NCBI GenBank assembly: GCA_039815185.1 | Contig: JBCBZT010000042.1 | Coordinates: 1 to 64,000 of the forward strand | DNA: 64,000 nt | Source: Cyanobacteria bacterium P01_A01_bin.123 | GTDB taxonomy: Bacteria; Cyanobacteriota; Cyanobacteriia; Phormidesmidales; Phormidesmidaceae | Reading direction: 5' to 3' | In this document: positions 42,113 to 51,691 of the stretch, in pieces | Position numbering within the stretch: position 1 is the first letter of the stretch | Layout: each line of letters starts with the position of its first letter | Notes under the pieces: model-generated | The model's database searches: none | The model's input: only the letters and a program-made list of their open reading frames with translations | Told to the model about the DNA's origin: nothing | Position numbers and translations under genes: made by a program

Positions 42113-42805
42113 TCATTGCTTCTCAGAGTTGACAGATATCTTTTCCGTTAGATGTGCCAAACAATCCAGGAGTGCTTGATGGACTGATGCATGGGCATAT
42201 TCATCATCGGGATGGGGTGGTTTGCCAGGAACCTTAAAATGGGGCGGTTCGCCGTAGATTTGGCCCCAGCACATATCCACCTGACGCACGAACTCGTAGA
42301 AGAGGGGCGGATTGTTGAGTAGCTCAGAAATAATCTGATGCAGTGCTACGAGCGCTGATTCTCCTGCGGAGAGGCTTTGCCAGTGCAGCTGTTGACTGAG
42401 GCGCACATCCGTCGTAGCCCAACGTTGTAGGGTGGCTTTGAGGGCACCGGACGAATCGAGTAAGTGCTGATCAATAAAGCGCTCAACTGTCGCGATCGCT
42501 TGGGCCAAAGGCGGCACTGGAGAAATGCCTTTAAGAAAATCGCCGCCTTCTCGACCAATCGCCTCAGCCAGAGAAAAGGGGCGACCTGCCAGAATATCGC
42601 GTTGTAAGGCAGCGTTGTCTAATGTCGTTTGTTCAACAGATGGGGATGCTGCTGAAGATAGGGATACTGCTGAGGGGCGATCGCTGATTTTGGCCTTAGC
42701 GTGATCGTTCAGCTTTTGAGGGCGGGAAATAAACTGCAATGACCCTTTAAGGTGAGTTTTTGACCATTGCCACCACTTTTGCCACAACCGCCACCAGCGC
42801 AACAT
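42113..42805 (-). CDS. Conserved cyanobacterial hypothetical protein
   Basis: FSLAEAIGREGG, WGQIYGEPPHF, PHPDDEY; 7 bp downstream of petP; start uncertain. Confidence 0.7.
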   Translation of the reverse strand: MLRWWRLWQKWWQWSKTHLKGSLQFISRPQKLNDHAKAKISDRPSAVSLSSAASPSVEQTTLDNAALQRDILAGRPFSLAEAIGREGGDFLKGISPVPPLAQAIATVERFIDQHLLDSSGALKATLQRWATTDVRLSQQLHWQSLSAGESALVALHQIISELLNNPPLFYEFVRQVDMCWGQIYGEPPHFKVPGKPPHPDDEYAHASVHQALLDCLAHLTEKISVNSEKQ

Positions 42806-42812
42806 ATCTAGA

Positions 42813-43655
42813 TTAATGATGAAAGGGAATCATGAGTAGCGGGATCAGCACAGGGGCGATCGCGAGCCAATGTAACGGTCGAGGTTCAGCTAAGGGATGA
42901 GCTTCGGTGAGCAATAGATCAATGCGTTGGGCTAGCCGACCTTGAGCAGTGGCACAGCTAAACGGGACTGAAATGATGTCATCCGTTATCCAAGGCGATT
43001 TTGCAACTTGTACTAGGGATTCGGCCAATATAAAACGGTTGATTCGTTGGGTGGCCCAGGCATCGGCGCGCAGTTCACGTAAAAAGGTGATTTCTTCCCA
43101 TAGGGTTTGACTGTGGGGGAGCCAAAAGGTGAGCCGCTTAAGCCAGCCCAACCAAAAACACCAAAACGTATCGTGATAATAAGCGTGAGCTTGTTCGTGG
43201 ATCACGACCGAGGCCAGATGATCGGGGTCGAGCTGCTGAAGTAAGCCCTGACTGACCACTAAATGAGGCTGCCAAAATCCTACCTGGGCGCTGTAGGGTA
43301 AATCAGTGGTTAACAATCGAGCGGCCATACCTTGAACCGAGGCTTCAGGCAAGGTATGGATTTGGTATAAGGCCAATCCACTGCGCCAGGCTAGGTATAG
43401 CAAAAGACCAACACTGGTAGCCAAAAATGCCCAAGCGAGACCGTAGCTGAACCATCCCTCCCAAGGCACCACCATATTGCCTCGTGGCCCCATACACACG
43501 ATCGACAGGGCCGTTGTTAACAACAACAGTGGCGGCACGACAAAACTGAGCAGGCTTTCGCCCCAACGGTGGGGGGAATTACCCGGATCGGGGCTGACCA
43601 TAACGCGAATCATCCAGGCCAGCATGATGATAAAGACCACCATTGTTAAATGCAT
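42813..43655 (-). CDS. petP: BlaR1/M56 membrane metalloprotease (copper-switch protease PetP)
   Basis: HEQAH (HExxH), RELRAD, TM N-terminus; coupled to a BlaI gene divergent from petJ. Confidence 0.8.
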   Translation of the reverse strand: MHLTMVVFIIMLAWMIRVMVSPDPGNSPHRWGESLLSFVVPPLLLLTTALSIVCMGPRGNMVVPWEGWFSYGLAWAFLATSVGLLLYLAWRSGLALYQIHTLPEASVQGMAARLLTTDLPYSAQVGFWQPHLVVSQGLLQQLDPDHLASVVIHEQAHAYYHDTFWCFWLGWLKRLTFWLPHSQTLWEEITFLRELRADAWATQRINRFILAESLVQVAKSPWITDDIISVPFSCATAQGRLAQRIDLLLTEAHPLAEPRPLHWLAIAPVLIPLLMIPFHH

Positions 43656-44071
43656 TAGCCCTCCTGCTGCTGTCTGAGGGTGCGAATGCGATCGGCGATC
43701 GCTTCGATTTGTGCCAGGCTACTTGCATCTAAGCTATCGGCAAAAGCGGCCACAATGTCGGGGTTGCCCACGGCGAGAAACTGCTGCAGACGGTCATGGG
43801 CATTAAGAATGCGGGCATTTGTTTGTGAGACCAGTGGTTCCCAATAAAAGGTGCGGCCCTGTTTATATGATTTGACCCAACCCTTTTTCGCCAATCGTTT
43901 GAGTACTGTGGTGACGCTGGCGTAGGCAAGTTCCCGATCTGGGTTTGCCAAGATCTGAGTGTGAATGGCTTTAGCCGTAGTGGTACCGAGATTCCAGAGC
44001 AGCTCCAGTACTTCAGCTTCTAAACTGCCTAGGGATAAACGACTGGGCGTGTGTTCTGGCAAGGGAGCCAT
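43655..44071 (-). CDS. petR: BlaI/CopY-family regulator PetR
   Basis: LSLGSLEAEVLELLW, DRELAYASVTTVLKRLAKKGW, GNPDIVAAFADSLD. Confidence 0.82.
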   Translation of the reverse strand: MAPLPEHTPSRLSLGSLEAEVLELLWNLGTTTAKAIHTQILANPDRELAYASVTTVLKRLAKKGWVKSYKQGRTFYWEPLVSQTNARILNAHDRLQQFLAVGNPDIVAAFADSLDASSLAQIEAIADRIRTLRQQQEG

Positions 44072-44407
44072 AGGGTTGAGAAGGTTTAAAGGGGCAGAGG
44101 GGATTCATCGGTAGGAAATCCTCTCTGTTCAGTATAAATGGAGAGCTGCCAATTTTGGATTTTGAAATGCTTGCTGCTAGGCGATTGTAGCGTGACGATT
44201 GGCAGTCGGATGAAACCAGCATAGAACCATAGCAACTCCGACTGGACAGTTCTCGACTGCCGATAATTTACACTTTGCAATGTTTGACGGTGTGTCTTTT
44301 GACCCTCGACGGGTTTCTCTTCAACATGGGAAAACCTGGGGCTTGCGTTAGGCCAATCATGGTGCGATCGCGAGGTTTGGGCTACGACTGAATTGAGGAA
44401 CCCATTA

Positions 44408-44737
44408 ATGAAACAGTGTTTTGTCTGGTTGATGGCAGCGTTAGTTGCAACCGTGAGTTGGATGGCGCCTGCCATGGCTGCTGACGTTGCCCAGGGCGCA
44501 ACGGTATTCACCAACAATTGTGCGGCATGCCATGTCGGTGGTGGCAACGTGGTGAATGGAGCCAAAACCTTGAAACAAGATGCTTTAGAGCAGTACGGCA
44601 TGAACTCAATGGAAGCCATTGTGACTCAGGTCACCAATGGCAAGATGGCGATGCCTGCCTTCAAAGGACGTTTGAGCGACGACCAAATTGAATCGGTTGC
44701 AGCCTATGTCCTGTCTCAGTCAGAGCAAGGCTGGTAG
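44408..44737 (+). CDS. petJ: Cytochrome c6
   Basis: Signal peptide ending [30 protein letters not shown]...GW; GAGGA RBS. Confidence 0.95.
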   Translation: MKQCFVWLMAALVATVSWMAPAMAADVAQGATVFTNNCAACHVGGGNVVNGAKTLKQDALEQYGMNSMEAIVTQVTNGKMAMPAFKGRLSDDQIESVAAYVLSQSEQGW

Positions 44738-44793
44738 GTACCTCAGCGCGGTCATTAGTTTGTCGGTCAGCAGACGTTGTTGAGGCTAAAGAC

Positions 44794-45738
44794 TTGTTGA
44801 GACTTCGAACAGTTGCAAAACGAGTGATTTACCCATGCTTGGCAGTCTTGCTGATGGGCGCGTTGGTGCTTTGGCCTGGGGTTGCTGGAGCCGAAGGAAT
44901 TCCTTCGGCTCCATTTGCTGTGCCAACAGTGGATGCTAAAGCTTGGCTAACCGCAGGCATTCAGGCAGAGATTGAAGGCGCGCATCAAGCCGCGATCGCG
45001 GCTTTTAGTCAAGCCTTACGGCAGGATGATCAGCTGATAGCAGCCTATGGCGATCGCTGTTTGGCCTATCTGTCTGTTGACGACTACGATCACGCCATTA
45101 CCGACTGTAGCCAGGCCATTGTCCTCAACCCAGCTAACCCGGAGTTTTACCTGAATCGAGGTATGGCCGAGTTTCATCAGCAGGACTATGAATCGGCGAT
45201 CGCTGATTACAATCAAGTCCTTAAGCGATCGCCCAATGACTTTCGCGCCTTTTATAACCGGGGACTGGTTGAGGCTGAGGTGGGGGATTATGCTCAAGCG
45301 GTTGCCAGCTATGATCAAGCCTTGATTACGGCAGGTGGCAACAATAGGACTCCCCTCAGCACTATTTACACTGACCGAGGCTTAGCCCATTTAGCCAGCG
45401 GGCAATCAGAAGCCGCAATGGCTGATTTTTCAGCAGCGATCGCGGCCAATCCTAACGCGAGTCGGGCCTACTATAACCGAGCCTGTGTCTGTCACCAAGA
45501 TGGTCAATTGGCGATCGCACTGGCTGACTTTACCCAAGTGCTCACCCTGGACGCTCAATATGCTGAGGCAGCGGTCAACCGAGGCTTGATTCATTATCAA
45601 CTGGGGCATCTCGACGCTGCATTAGGCGACTTTGAAACCGCTGCGGCACAGTATGCCCAACGGGGTGATCACGCTGCGTATCACCGCCTATTACCCCTGA
45701 TTGAATCGGTGAAAGCCGCGACCCAAAAAATTGCCTAA
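44794..45738 (+). CDS. Exported TPR-repeat protein
   Basis: Signal-like N-terminus; multiple YxNRG...A.ADY/F TPR units. Confidence 0.85.
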   Translation: MLRLRTVAKRVIYPCLAVLLMGALVLWPGVAGAEGIPSAPFAVPTVDAKAWLTAGIQAEIEGAHQAAIAAFSQALRQDDQLIAAYGDRCLAYLSVDDYDHAITDCSQAIVLNPANPEFYLNRGMAEFHQQDYESAIADYNQVLKRSPNDFRAFYNRGLVEAEVGDYAQAVASYDQALITAGGNNRTPLSTIYTDRGLAHLASGQSEAAMADFSAAIAANPNASRAYYNRACVCHQDGQLAIALADFTQVLTLDAQYAEAAVNRGLIHYQLGHLDAALGDFETAAAQYAQRGDHAAYHRLLPLIESVKAATQKIA

Positions 45739-46442
45739 TGCCCTCAAAGTTTAACAGCCGTCAAAGCAGGGGACTATTGAAACTCAAAATGGACATGAGA
45801 TTACTAATGAATCGATTTAGACAGATACCGATGTTTGCCGTCGTCAGCTCAGCCTTGCTATGGGGAGGGATAACCCCATTGCAGGCGCGGCAAATCTCTA
45901 CCAATCAGCCTGCTGGTATAGCGCAGGCCAGATTGCTTAATGCACCGAGCACCGCTGGGATGCTAAGGGCACAAGCAATCTGGCTCGCAAATCAATCGAC
46001 CTTATACAGGATTGCAGACGCAGGCCATAACCACGATCAGGCTGACTCGGCGATGCCAGGGATGGAGCATCCAGAGGGGCATAGCGATAGTGGCCACCAT
46101 CATGCTCCCCTCGAAGTGCCTGCGGGGATGCCGGTGCCCACCTTAGATCTGGTCGTCTATGAGGATCCGGTAGAGGGGTGGAATCTAGAGCTTCAAGTCA
46201 GTAACTTCCGTTTTGCCCCAGAAAACGTCAACGGTGCTAGCAGCACAGATGAAGGTCATGCTCATCTGTATGTCAACGGCGAAAAAATGGGTCGCATTTA
46301 CGGCCCTTGGCATCATCTCCCATCACTGCCCCCCGGCGATCATGAAATTATGGTAGAACTCAACGCCAATGGTCATGAGCCGTTGGTTTATCAGGGGCAG
46401 GGGATTTCAGATACTGAGCAGATTACTGTGGTTGCTGAATAG
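45738..46442 (+). CDS. Exported His/Met-rich putative metal(copper)-binding protein
   Basis: HNHD...MPGMEHPEGHSDSGHHH, EGHAHLYVNG, ELNANGH; start uncertain. Confidence 0.7.
   Translation: MPSKFNSRQSRGLLKLKMDMRLLMNRFRQIPMFAVVSSALLWGGITPLQARQISTNQPAGIAQARLLNAPSTAGMLRAQAIWLANQSTLYRIADAGHNHDQADSAMPGMEHPEGHSDSGHHHAPLEVPAGMPVPTLDLVVYEDPVEGWNLELQVSNFRFAPENVNGASSTDEGHAHLYVNGEKMGRIYGPWHHLPSLPPGDHEIMVELNANGHEPLVYQGQGISDTEQITVVAE
45917..45988 (+). repeat. Partial copy (first hairpin) of the 105-bp element, inside a coding region
   Basis: TATAGCGCAGGCCAGATTGCTTAATGCACC...AAGCAATCTGGCTCGC. Confidence 0.88.
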
Positions 46443-46624
46443 GATCAGCGGGTAGTGCGGCTGCACGCCCGGTGCAAAATATTCAGCTTCGTCGATGAGA
46501 ATTAGTGTTTATCCAGATGTAGCAGTGTGAGCTCTGCTTATGGCGCGACTTTTGAAGCCAAAATCGCAAATCCAAAATTGCTAGGGTAATACCGTAACTT
46601 GATGTACAAAGGGCCAGATTAAGA

Positions 46625-47191
46625 TTAAGACAAGGGAAAATCCATAATTGAGAAAAGTCCTTGGCCTACATCAATCTTTTGGGGAAAGTCTGCTATTTCA
46701 ATATTTTTAATATGAGGTAAATCCTTTCCTAATTTTTCAATAAATGTCTTGGTTTTTTCAATAAAATTATTGTCGAAAGTAATAAAGCAGTCCGCTTTAT
46801 GTCTTATAGCGGTTGCAATATGAATAGAGTCTGGTGGCTTCATTTTGCTTATTCGTCTTGTAAACATACGAGACACTTCTGCCACTTTCCTTTCATAATT
46901 GATTGGTGTGATAAATTCTTTCCCAAACAAAGCTTCTATTCTTCTTTCTTGATCTTCTTCGCTGATTGATTCGCTTTTTGCGACAACTTCAGCAAAAGTA
47001 AAGGTTGATGTTACGATTTCGATTTTTCTTGTCTCTCCAAGGCGCAATAATCGCAACGCTTTTCTGTGCATTTCTTTGGATTCCTCGCTGGAATCTGACT
47101 TTGTTAAGCATTCGTTATTCAAGTAATGGATAAAAACGCAAGAATCTAGATATACAGAGGGAAGATTCGTTTTTTTCTTTGCACGGGCCAA
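46625..47191 (-). CDS. PIN-domain (VapC-like) ribonuclease
   Basis: VYLDSCVFI, TFAEV, PPDSIHIATA, FITFD: the four acidic PIN residues; TTG start 1 nt after the upstream stop. Confidence 0.85.
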   Translation of the reverse strand: MARAKKKTNLPSVYLDSCVFIHYLNNECLTKSDSSEESKEMHRKALRLLRLGETRKIEIVTSTFTFAEVVAKSESISEEDQERRIEALFGKEFITPINYERKVAEVSRMFTRRISKMKPPDSIHIATAIRHKADCFITFDNNFIEKTKTFIEKLGKDLPHIKNIEIADFPQKIDVGQGLFSIMDFPLS

Positions 47192-47192
47192 C

Positions 47193-47954
47193 TTACTCTC
47201 TCCCGATCAGAAGTATTTCTTCTACGCTTGGGAGTTCATAGCTGTATGGAAGTACTTCTATCTCTCTTACTTCCATGCTTACCTTTTTCCCGTCTTCTCT
47301 CTCTCTACAAAGACCATAAATATAAACTACTTTTTCTAAAGCATTTTTGGCCTCTTCTTTTAACTCTTCTGGAAAGTTGCATAATAAACCTTCAGACTCA
47401 TTTTTCCCTTGATAAAGCCTGAAGGCTCTTCTTCGATGTAAATTAATGGATTCTAGCTTCCCTTGTACTGAATCATACACTTCGTACTTAGCTGCCAGCA
47501 AATTTGTGACATTCATAATTAGCGAGTCCGAGAATTCTAGATTTTTCCTGTTTCCCCCTATAAAGACCCTAGAAACTCTTCTACCGTCAATGCTATCTCC
47601 CATTCTTTTTATTTTCTTGACAGATTTTTCACTAAAGAAGGGAGGCCATTGTGCATTTTTCTCTATTGATTCAAACCCATAGTTTATAGCTTCAATGAGT
47701 CCGTATGTATCATCTTTCGTGATATGTGATCTTCTTGGTCTTACTTCGACTTTGCATTTATAAGGGCTGCTCATTCCAGCATGAAGTACAGACCAACTGA
47801 TCACACCTGAATCTTCGAAATAGCTTTTACTAACGTCTATGACAATATCTAAGAAATCTTTTTGAATAGACAGAAATTTGCCAAACGGAAGAGACTCTCC
47901 ATCCATTCCAATGGAGATGCTTAATTCATCTTCGTCACTTTTATTTTTAGCCAT
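47193..47954 (-). CDS. Hypothetical 253-aa partner of the PIN gene (possible C-terminal OB-like fold)
   Basis: AT-rich ORF; SVQGKLESINLH...VYIYGLC...MEVREIEVL beta-rich C-terminus. Confidence 0.75.
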   Translation of the reverse strand: MAKNKSDEDELSISIGMDGESLPFGKFLSIQKDFLDIVIDVSKSYFEDSGVISWSVLHAGMSSPYKCKVEVRPRRSHITKDDTYGLIEAINYGFESIEKNAQWPPFFSEKSVKKIKRMGDSIDGRRVSRVFIGGNRKNLEFSDSLIMNVTNLLAAKYEVYDSVQGKLESINLHRRRAFRLYQGKNESEGLLCNFPEELKEEAKNALEKVVYIYGLCREREDGKKVSMEVREIEVLPYSYELPSVEEILLIGRE

Positions 47955-48042
47955 ACTTTCTATGACCTAAGTTGCTTTTAGGTTATCACAACTTGCTGTA
48001 TGCCTTTTATAGCGTCAGCCTAACTCCTTATTCCTTAACTGC

Positions 48043-49404
48043 CTACGGTTCCACCATCTTGATCGCCAACTGCTGGTGAGTTTCCATCAAGCGAGCCACA
48101 TCTACCGTCGTCAGCTGCCCCTGATCCACGACTCGCCGCCCGTTGATAAAGCTGTAATCAACGCGATTAACCTGACACAAAATTAGCGCCGCAACGATGT
48201 CATGGTGGGCTCCGGCAAAGGTAGGCGTGTCGATATTGACCGCCACAAAATCAGCTGCCATGTCCGGTGCGAGGTAGCCGATATCATCTCGTCCCAATAC
48301 CCGTGCGCCGCCCCGCGTGGCCACTTCTAGAGCCTCGCGCGCCGTCATGGCGGCAGCGTCTTCATCCCTTACCCGCGCGGCTAAAAAGGCGGTGCGGGCT
48401 TCATGGAATAAATTACCCGAATCATTAGAGGCAGAGCCGTCTACACCTAATCCTACAGGCACATGGTGATTGAGCATTTTGCGGATGGGGGCGATGCCGC
48501 TAGCGAGTCGCATGTTGCTGCACGGGCAGTGGGCTACCCCCGTACCCGTATGGCCAAATTTGGTGATGGCGCGATCGCTAAGTTTGACACAGTGGGCATG
48601 CCACACGTCTTCGCCCAACCAACCCATCGCTTCGGCATAATCACCCGGAATCATGCCAAATTTAGCCAAGCTGTATTCCACATCAGATTTATTTTCGGCG
48701 AGGTGGGTGTGGAGGCGCACACCGGGATAAGCGCGAGCCAGGGCAGCCGACTCGCGCATTAAATCCGTTGACACTGAAAAGGGTGAACAGGGGGCCACGG
48801 TGATCCGCACCATGGCGTAGCGCTGGGCATCGTGATATTGCTCAATTAACCGCTGGGAGTCTTTGAGAATATGGGCTTCCGACTCCATCAACATATCTGG
48901 TGGCAAGCCGCCCTGGCTTTGGCCCACACTCATACCGCCCCGACTCGCATGAAACCGCAGCCCCATGGCTTCAACGGCACGAATTTCATCGTCTAGGGTG
49001 CAGTCATTGGGATAGAGATAGAGGTGATCGCTAGCGGTGGTGCACCCTGAGAGCATTAACTCCGCCGCCGCAATTTGTGCACTGGCAAACACCCCTGCCG
49101 CAGTTAAGCCCGACCAGATTGGAAAAAGGGTAGTGAGCCAGTTGAACAAATCTGCATTCTGCGCTGCTGGCACTGCCCGCGTCAAGGTTTGAAAAAAGTG
49201 ATGGTGGGTGTTGACCAGACCGGGCAGCACTATATGGCGATCGCCCAAATCCAACACCTCGTCAGCGGTTGGGGGTAACTCAGCGGTAGTGCCCACTTGT
49301 TCAATCACGTGGTCTCTCACAAACAGCGCCCCATGGCGGATTTCGCGCCGCTGTTCATCCAGAGTGACCAGGGTGTGGATATTTTTAACCAGGAGGGTGG
49401 GCAT
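48043..49404 (-). CDS. Amidohydrolase, 8-oxoguanine deaminase/AtzB family
   Basis: PGLVNTHHH, APCSPFSV, LHTHLAE, WHAHCV, HCPCSNMRL, GVDGSASND. Confidence 0.9.
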   Translation of the reverse strand: MPTLLVKNIHTLVTLDEQRREIRHGALFVRDHVIEQVGTTAELPPTADEVLDLGDRHIVLPGLVNTHHHFFQTLTRAVPAAQNADLFNWLTTLFPIWSGLTAAGVFASAQIAAAELMLSGCTTASDHLYLYPNDCTLDDEIRAVEAMGLRFHASRGGMSVGQSQGGLPPDMLMESEAHILKDSQRLIEQYHDAQRYAMVRITVAPCSPFSVSTDLMRESAALARAYPGVRLHTHLAENKSDVEYSLAKFGMIPGDYAEAMGWLGEDVWHAHCVKLSDRAITKFGHTGTGVAHCPCSNMRLASGIAPIRKMLNHHVPVGLGVDGSASNDSGNLFHEARTAFLAARVRDEDAAAMTAREALEVATRGGARVLGRDDIGYLAPDMAADFVAVNIDTPTFAGAHHDIVAALILCQVNRVDYSFINGRRVVDQGQLTTVDVARLMETHQQLAIKMVEP

Positions 49405-49408
49405 GGGC

Positions 49409-50965
49409 TTAATCTTCCAAATACCCTAAATCACGTAGGCGCTGCTGCACTTCTGGATCATCAAATCCAGGGGCGCGATCTAGGGCGGTCGTCGTGGTAT
49501 CAGCGTCACCGCCGAAGGCTTGGAGGTAATCTTGCAGCACTTCTACATTCTCTGGCAAGATGGCGCTGAGATTCAGCGATTCTGTCGGATCTTGGCGAAA
49601 GTCGTAGAGTTCGGTGGCGTCGTCACCCGTTTCAATTAATTTGTGGGGGCCTAGCCACACGGCCCGACGGGGTTGATCACAGGCGCGATCGCGAATCAAG
49701 TCAGGCTGACGCTTTTTCAGTAGATTAACTACATTTTGGGGCGGAACTGCTTCGGAAAACACCGGATCGCGATCGCTGCTGCTGGCCTGCACCTGATCAA
49801 TCTCTTGACTCAGCGATCGCGTTTGCTCTTCCACCGTAGCCAATTCTGCCGCGCTGAGGACAGTATGAAACAACCGTCGGGTAGACACCACAGACTCCAC
49901 AGTTTCACCCTGGGGCAAATGGCCGCTGGGATCATGAATAATCAGCGGCACTCGCACCAACTCGTTATAAACCGTGAGGGAATGGCCCACAAACTGTTTT
50001 TCGCCCAGGTGTTCACCGTGGTCTGAGCAGATAATCACTAGGGTGTTGTCGAGTACGCCGCGATCGCGGAGCTGAGTTAAAAATCGGCCCAATTGCTCAT
50101 CTTGGCAGGCTACTTCAGCGTCATACATGCCGTCGAGAGTGGCCTTTTGCTGCTTATCCAAGGCCCCTGCCAACGGCGCTAGCCAGCCATATACGTCACT
50201 GTTGAACTGGCGCAGATAGTTCCTCGCTGACGGTGTTTTCAGCACGTGGGGGGCAAATTTCTCCACATACTGCCGGGGTGGATGGTAGGGCATGTGGGTG
50301 CCCATCAAATTGACAAAAGCAAATACGGGCTGGTTGGGTTGGACACCGTTGCGTTCAATCAACAGCCGTGCCGTATCTGCCAATGATTTTGACGTATTAC
50401 CTTTAAAGCTCAAGGCCGTTTGCCACAAAGGCACCATCAGTGGGGTAAACGATAATGCCAGCAAGGCTTCTGAGCGAGCAAAGGCATCTTGTACTTGATT
50501 CAGTAGCTTGGCCAGCCGCCGCTTAAACCATTGACGGTAAAGATCTAGAAATCCCGAAGATACCCCAGCTTGGTTAGGTCTCGAAGTGAGCAAGCCACTG
50601 TAGTTCAAAAAGCTGTAGAACCCACGCCGCAAGCCGTTATTAATCACGCCCACCAATGGGTTGTTGCAGAACCCAGCGGTGTAATACCCTCCCTGGCTGA
50701 GTCGTTCTGCCAATGTGGGGATCGACTCCGGCAGGACTGAATAGGACTGAAGCACGTTATGGGAAGAGGGATAGCGTCCAGTAAACATGGATGCGTGAGA
50801 GGGCACGGTCCACTGGGCCGGCGCGATCGCGCTCTTAAACAGCGTTGATTTGGCTGCAAAGGCATCGATGTGGGGAGAAGTCGGTTTGTCGTAGCCATAG
50901 CACGACAGGCGATCGGCTCGTTGGGTATCGAGCACTATAAAGAGAATATCGGGACGAGCAGCCAT
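49409..50965 (-). CDS. Sulfatase/alkaline-phosphatase superfamily protein
   Basis: PDILFIVLDTQRAD, WTVPSHASMFTG, HMPY, SDHGE, RLRDLGY; ATG at 50965 preferred. Confidence 0.88.
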   Translation of the reverse strand: MAARPDILFIVLDTQRADRLSCYGYDKPTSPHIDAFAAKSTLFKSAIAPAQWTVPSHASMFTGRYPSSHNVLQSYSVLPESIPTLAERLSQGGYYTAGFCNNPLVGVINNGLRRGFYSFLNYSGLLTSRPNQAGVSSGFLDLYRQWFKRRLAKLLNQVQDAFARSEALLALSFTPLMVPLWQTALSFKGNTSKSLADTARLLIERNGVQPNQPVFAFVNLMGTHMPYHPPRQYVEKFAPHVLKTPSARNYLRQFNSDVYGWLAPLAGALDKQQKATLDGMYDAEVACQDEQLGRFLTQLRDRGVLDNTLVIICSDHGEHLGEKQFVGHSLTVYNELVRVPLIIHDPSGHLPQGETVESVVSTRRLFHTVLSAAELATVEEQTRSLSQEIDQVQASSSDRDPVFSEAVPPQNVVNLLKKRQPDLIRDRACDQPRRAVWLGPHKLIETGDDATELYDFRQDPTESLNLSAILPENVEVLQDYLQAFGGDADTTTTALDRAPGFDDPEVQQRLRDLGYLED

Positions 50966-51054
50966 GATAATGCGTCGATTGATGGTGCAACCTTGAATCT
51001 CTAGCTTGCCACAGAAGCGATTCTTAAAAATCTTCTGGTCAAACTGCCATGCTC

Positions 51055-51447
51055 TTAGAACATCTCGTATTCTCGGCGGCTCATGGTTCTCGGCGACACC
51101 ACATCTTTCACGCCCAGACACCAGTAGTCCACCAAATAGCTGCCAACGAGGTATCGTTTGCCATCTTGTCGAGATATAACCACCTGAGCTAAACCCCTTT
51201 GGGCATCGTCTTCGCCCTTGCCCGTGATCTTTTGCAGCAAACCATCGGCGCGCGGTTCAAGCAGCTGTTGGGAGGCAGAGTGGTTCATTAAGCATTCATG
51301 TAAAGGCAATAGCAGTGCAGTCGCATTAGCTTGAAGCACAGCAGTCACTTCTGCCGGACGCAGTTTCAGTTTACGGGCAATCTGCTTGGTGCCGACTTTG
51401 GCGCTGCGTAGCCGTAAGACTTCCGCTTCTTGTTCGGGGGTCATCAC
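51055..51447 (-). pseudogene. Probably 3'-truncated HTH-containing protein
   Basis: N-terminal HTH (KQIARKLKLRPAEV), GLAQVVISR, YLVDYWCLGVKD, then an abrupt stop. Confidence 0.45.
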
Positions 51448-51691
51448 TTACGAATGAGTTCGACGTTAACTTTTGACTCTAGGCTATCTTCTAAAGTGAG
51501 TATCGGCCTTAACGGCGTGGTAGATTTTTTGCTAGGGCGATCGCCAGAAGTGTTAGGCATTGAAGCCCCAGTCGTCGTGATTGTAGACGAAAAAAAGCTG
51601 ATATCCGCAGTGGCTTTGGCCAGTATATTGCAGAGATGCTAATTGCCGCCTGTCGAGAAAATCCTGGGAATTTTAGTTGGGTTGGTCAAAG

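Noticed and set aside
44086..44619. 177-aa minus-strand ORF
   Set aside because: Antisense shadow of petJ; the same applies to most short ORF-track entries overlapping confident genes
46445..46510. Minus-strand LILIDEAE Walker-B-like peptide beside the PIN islet
   Set aside because: Preceded by a stop codon, very short, no Walker A; probably chance
50966..51121. Long N-terminal extension of the sulfatase
   Set aside because: Overlaps the upstream gene; the family motif starts right after ATG 50965
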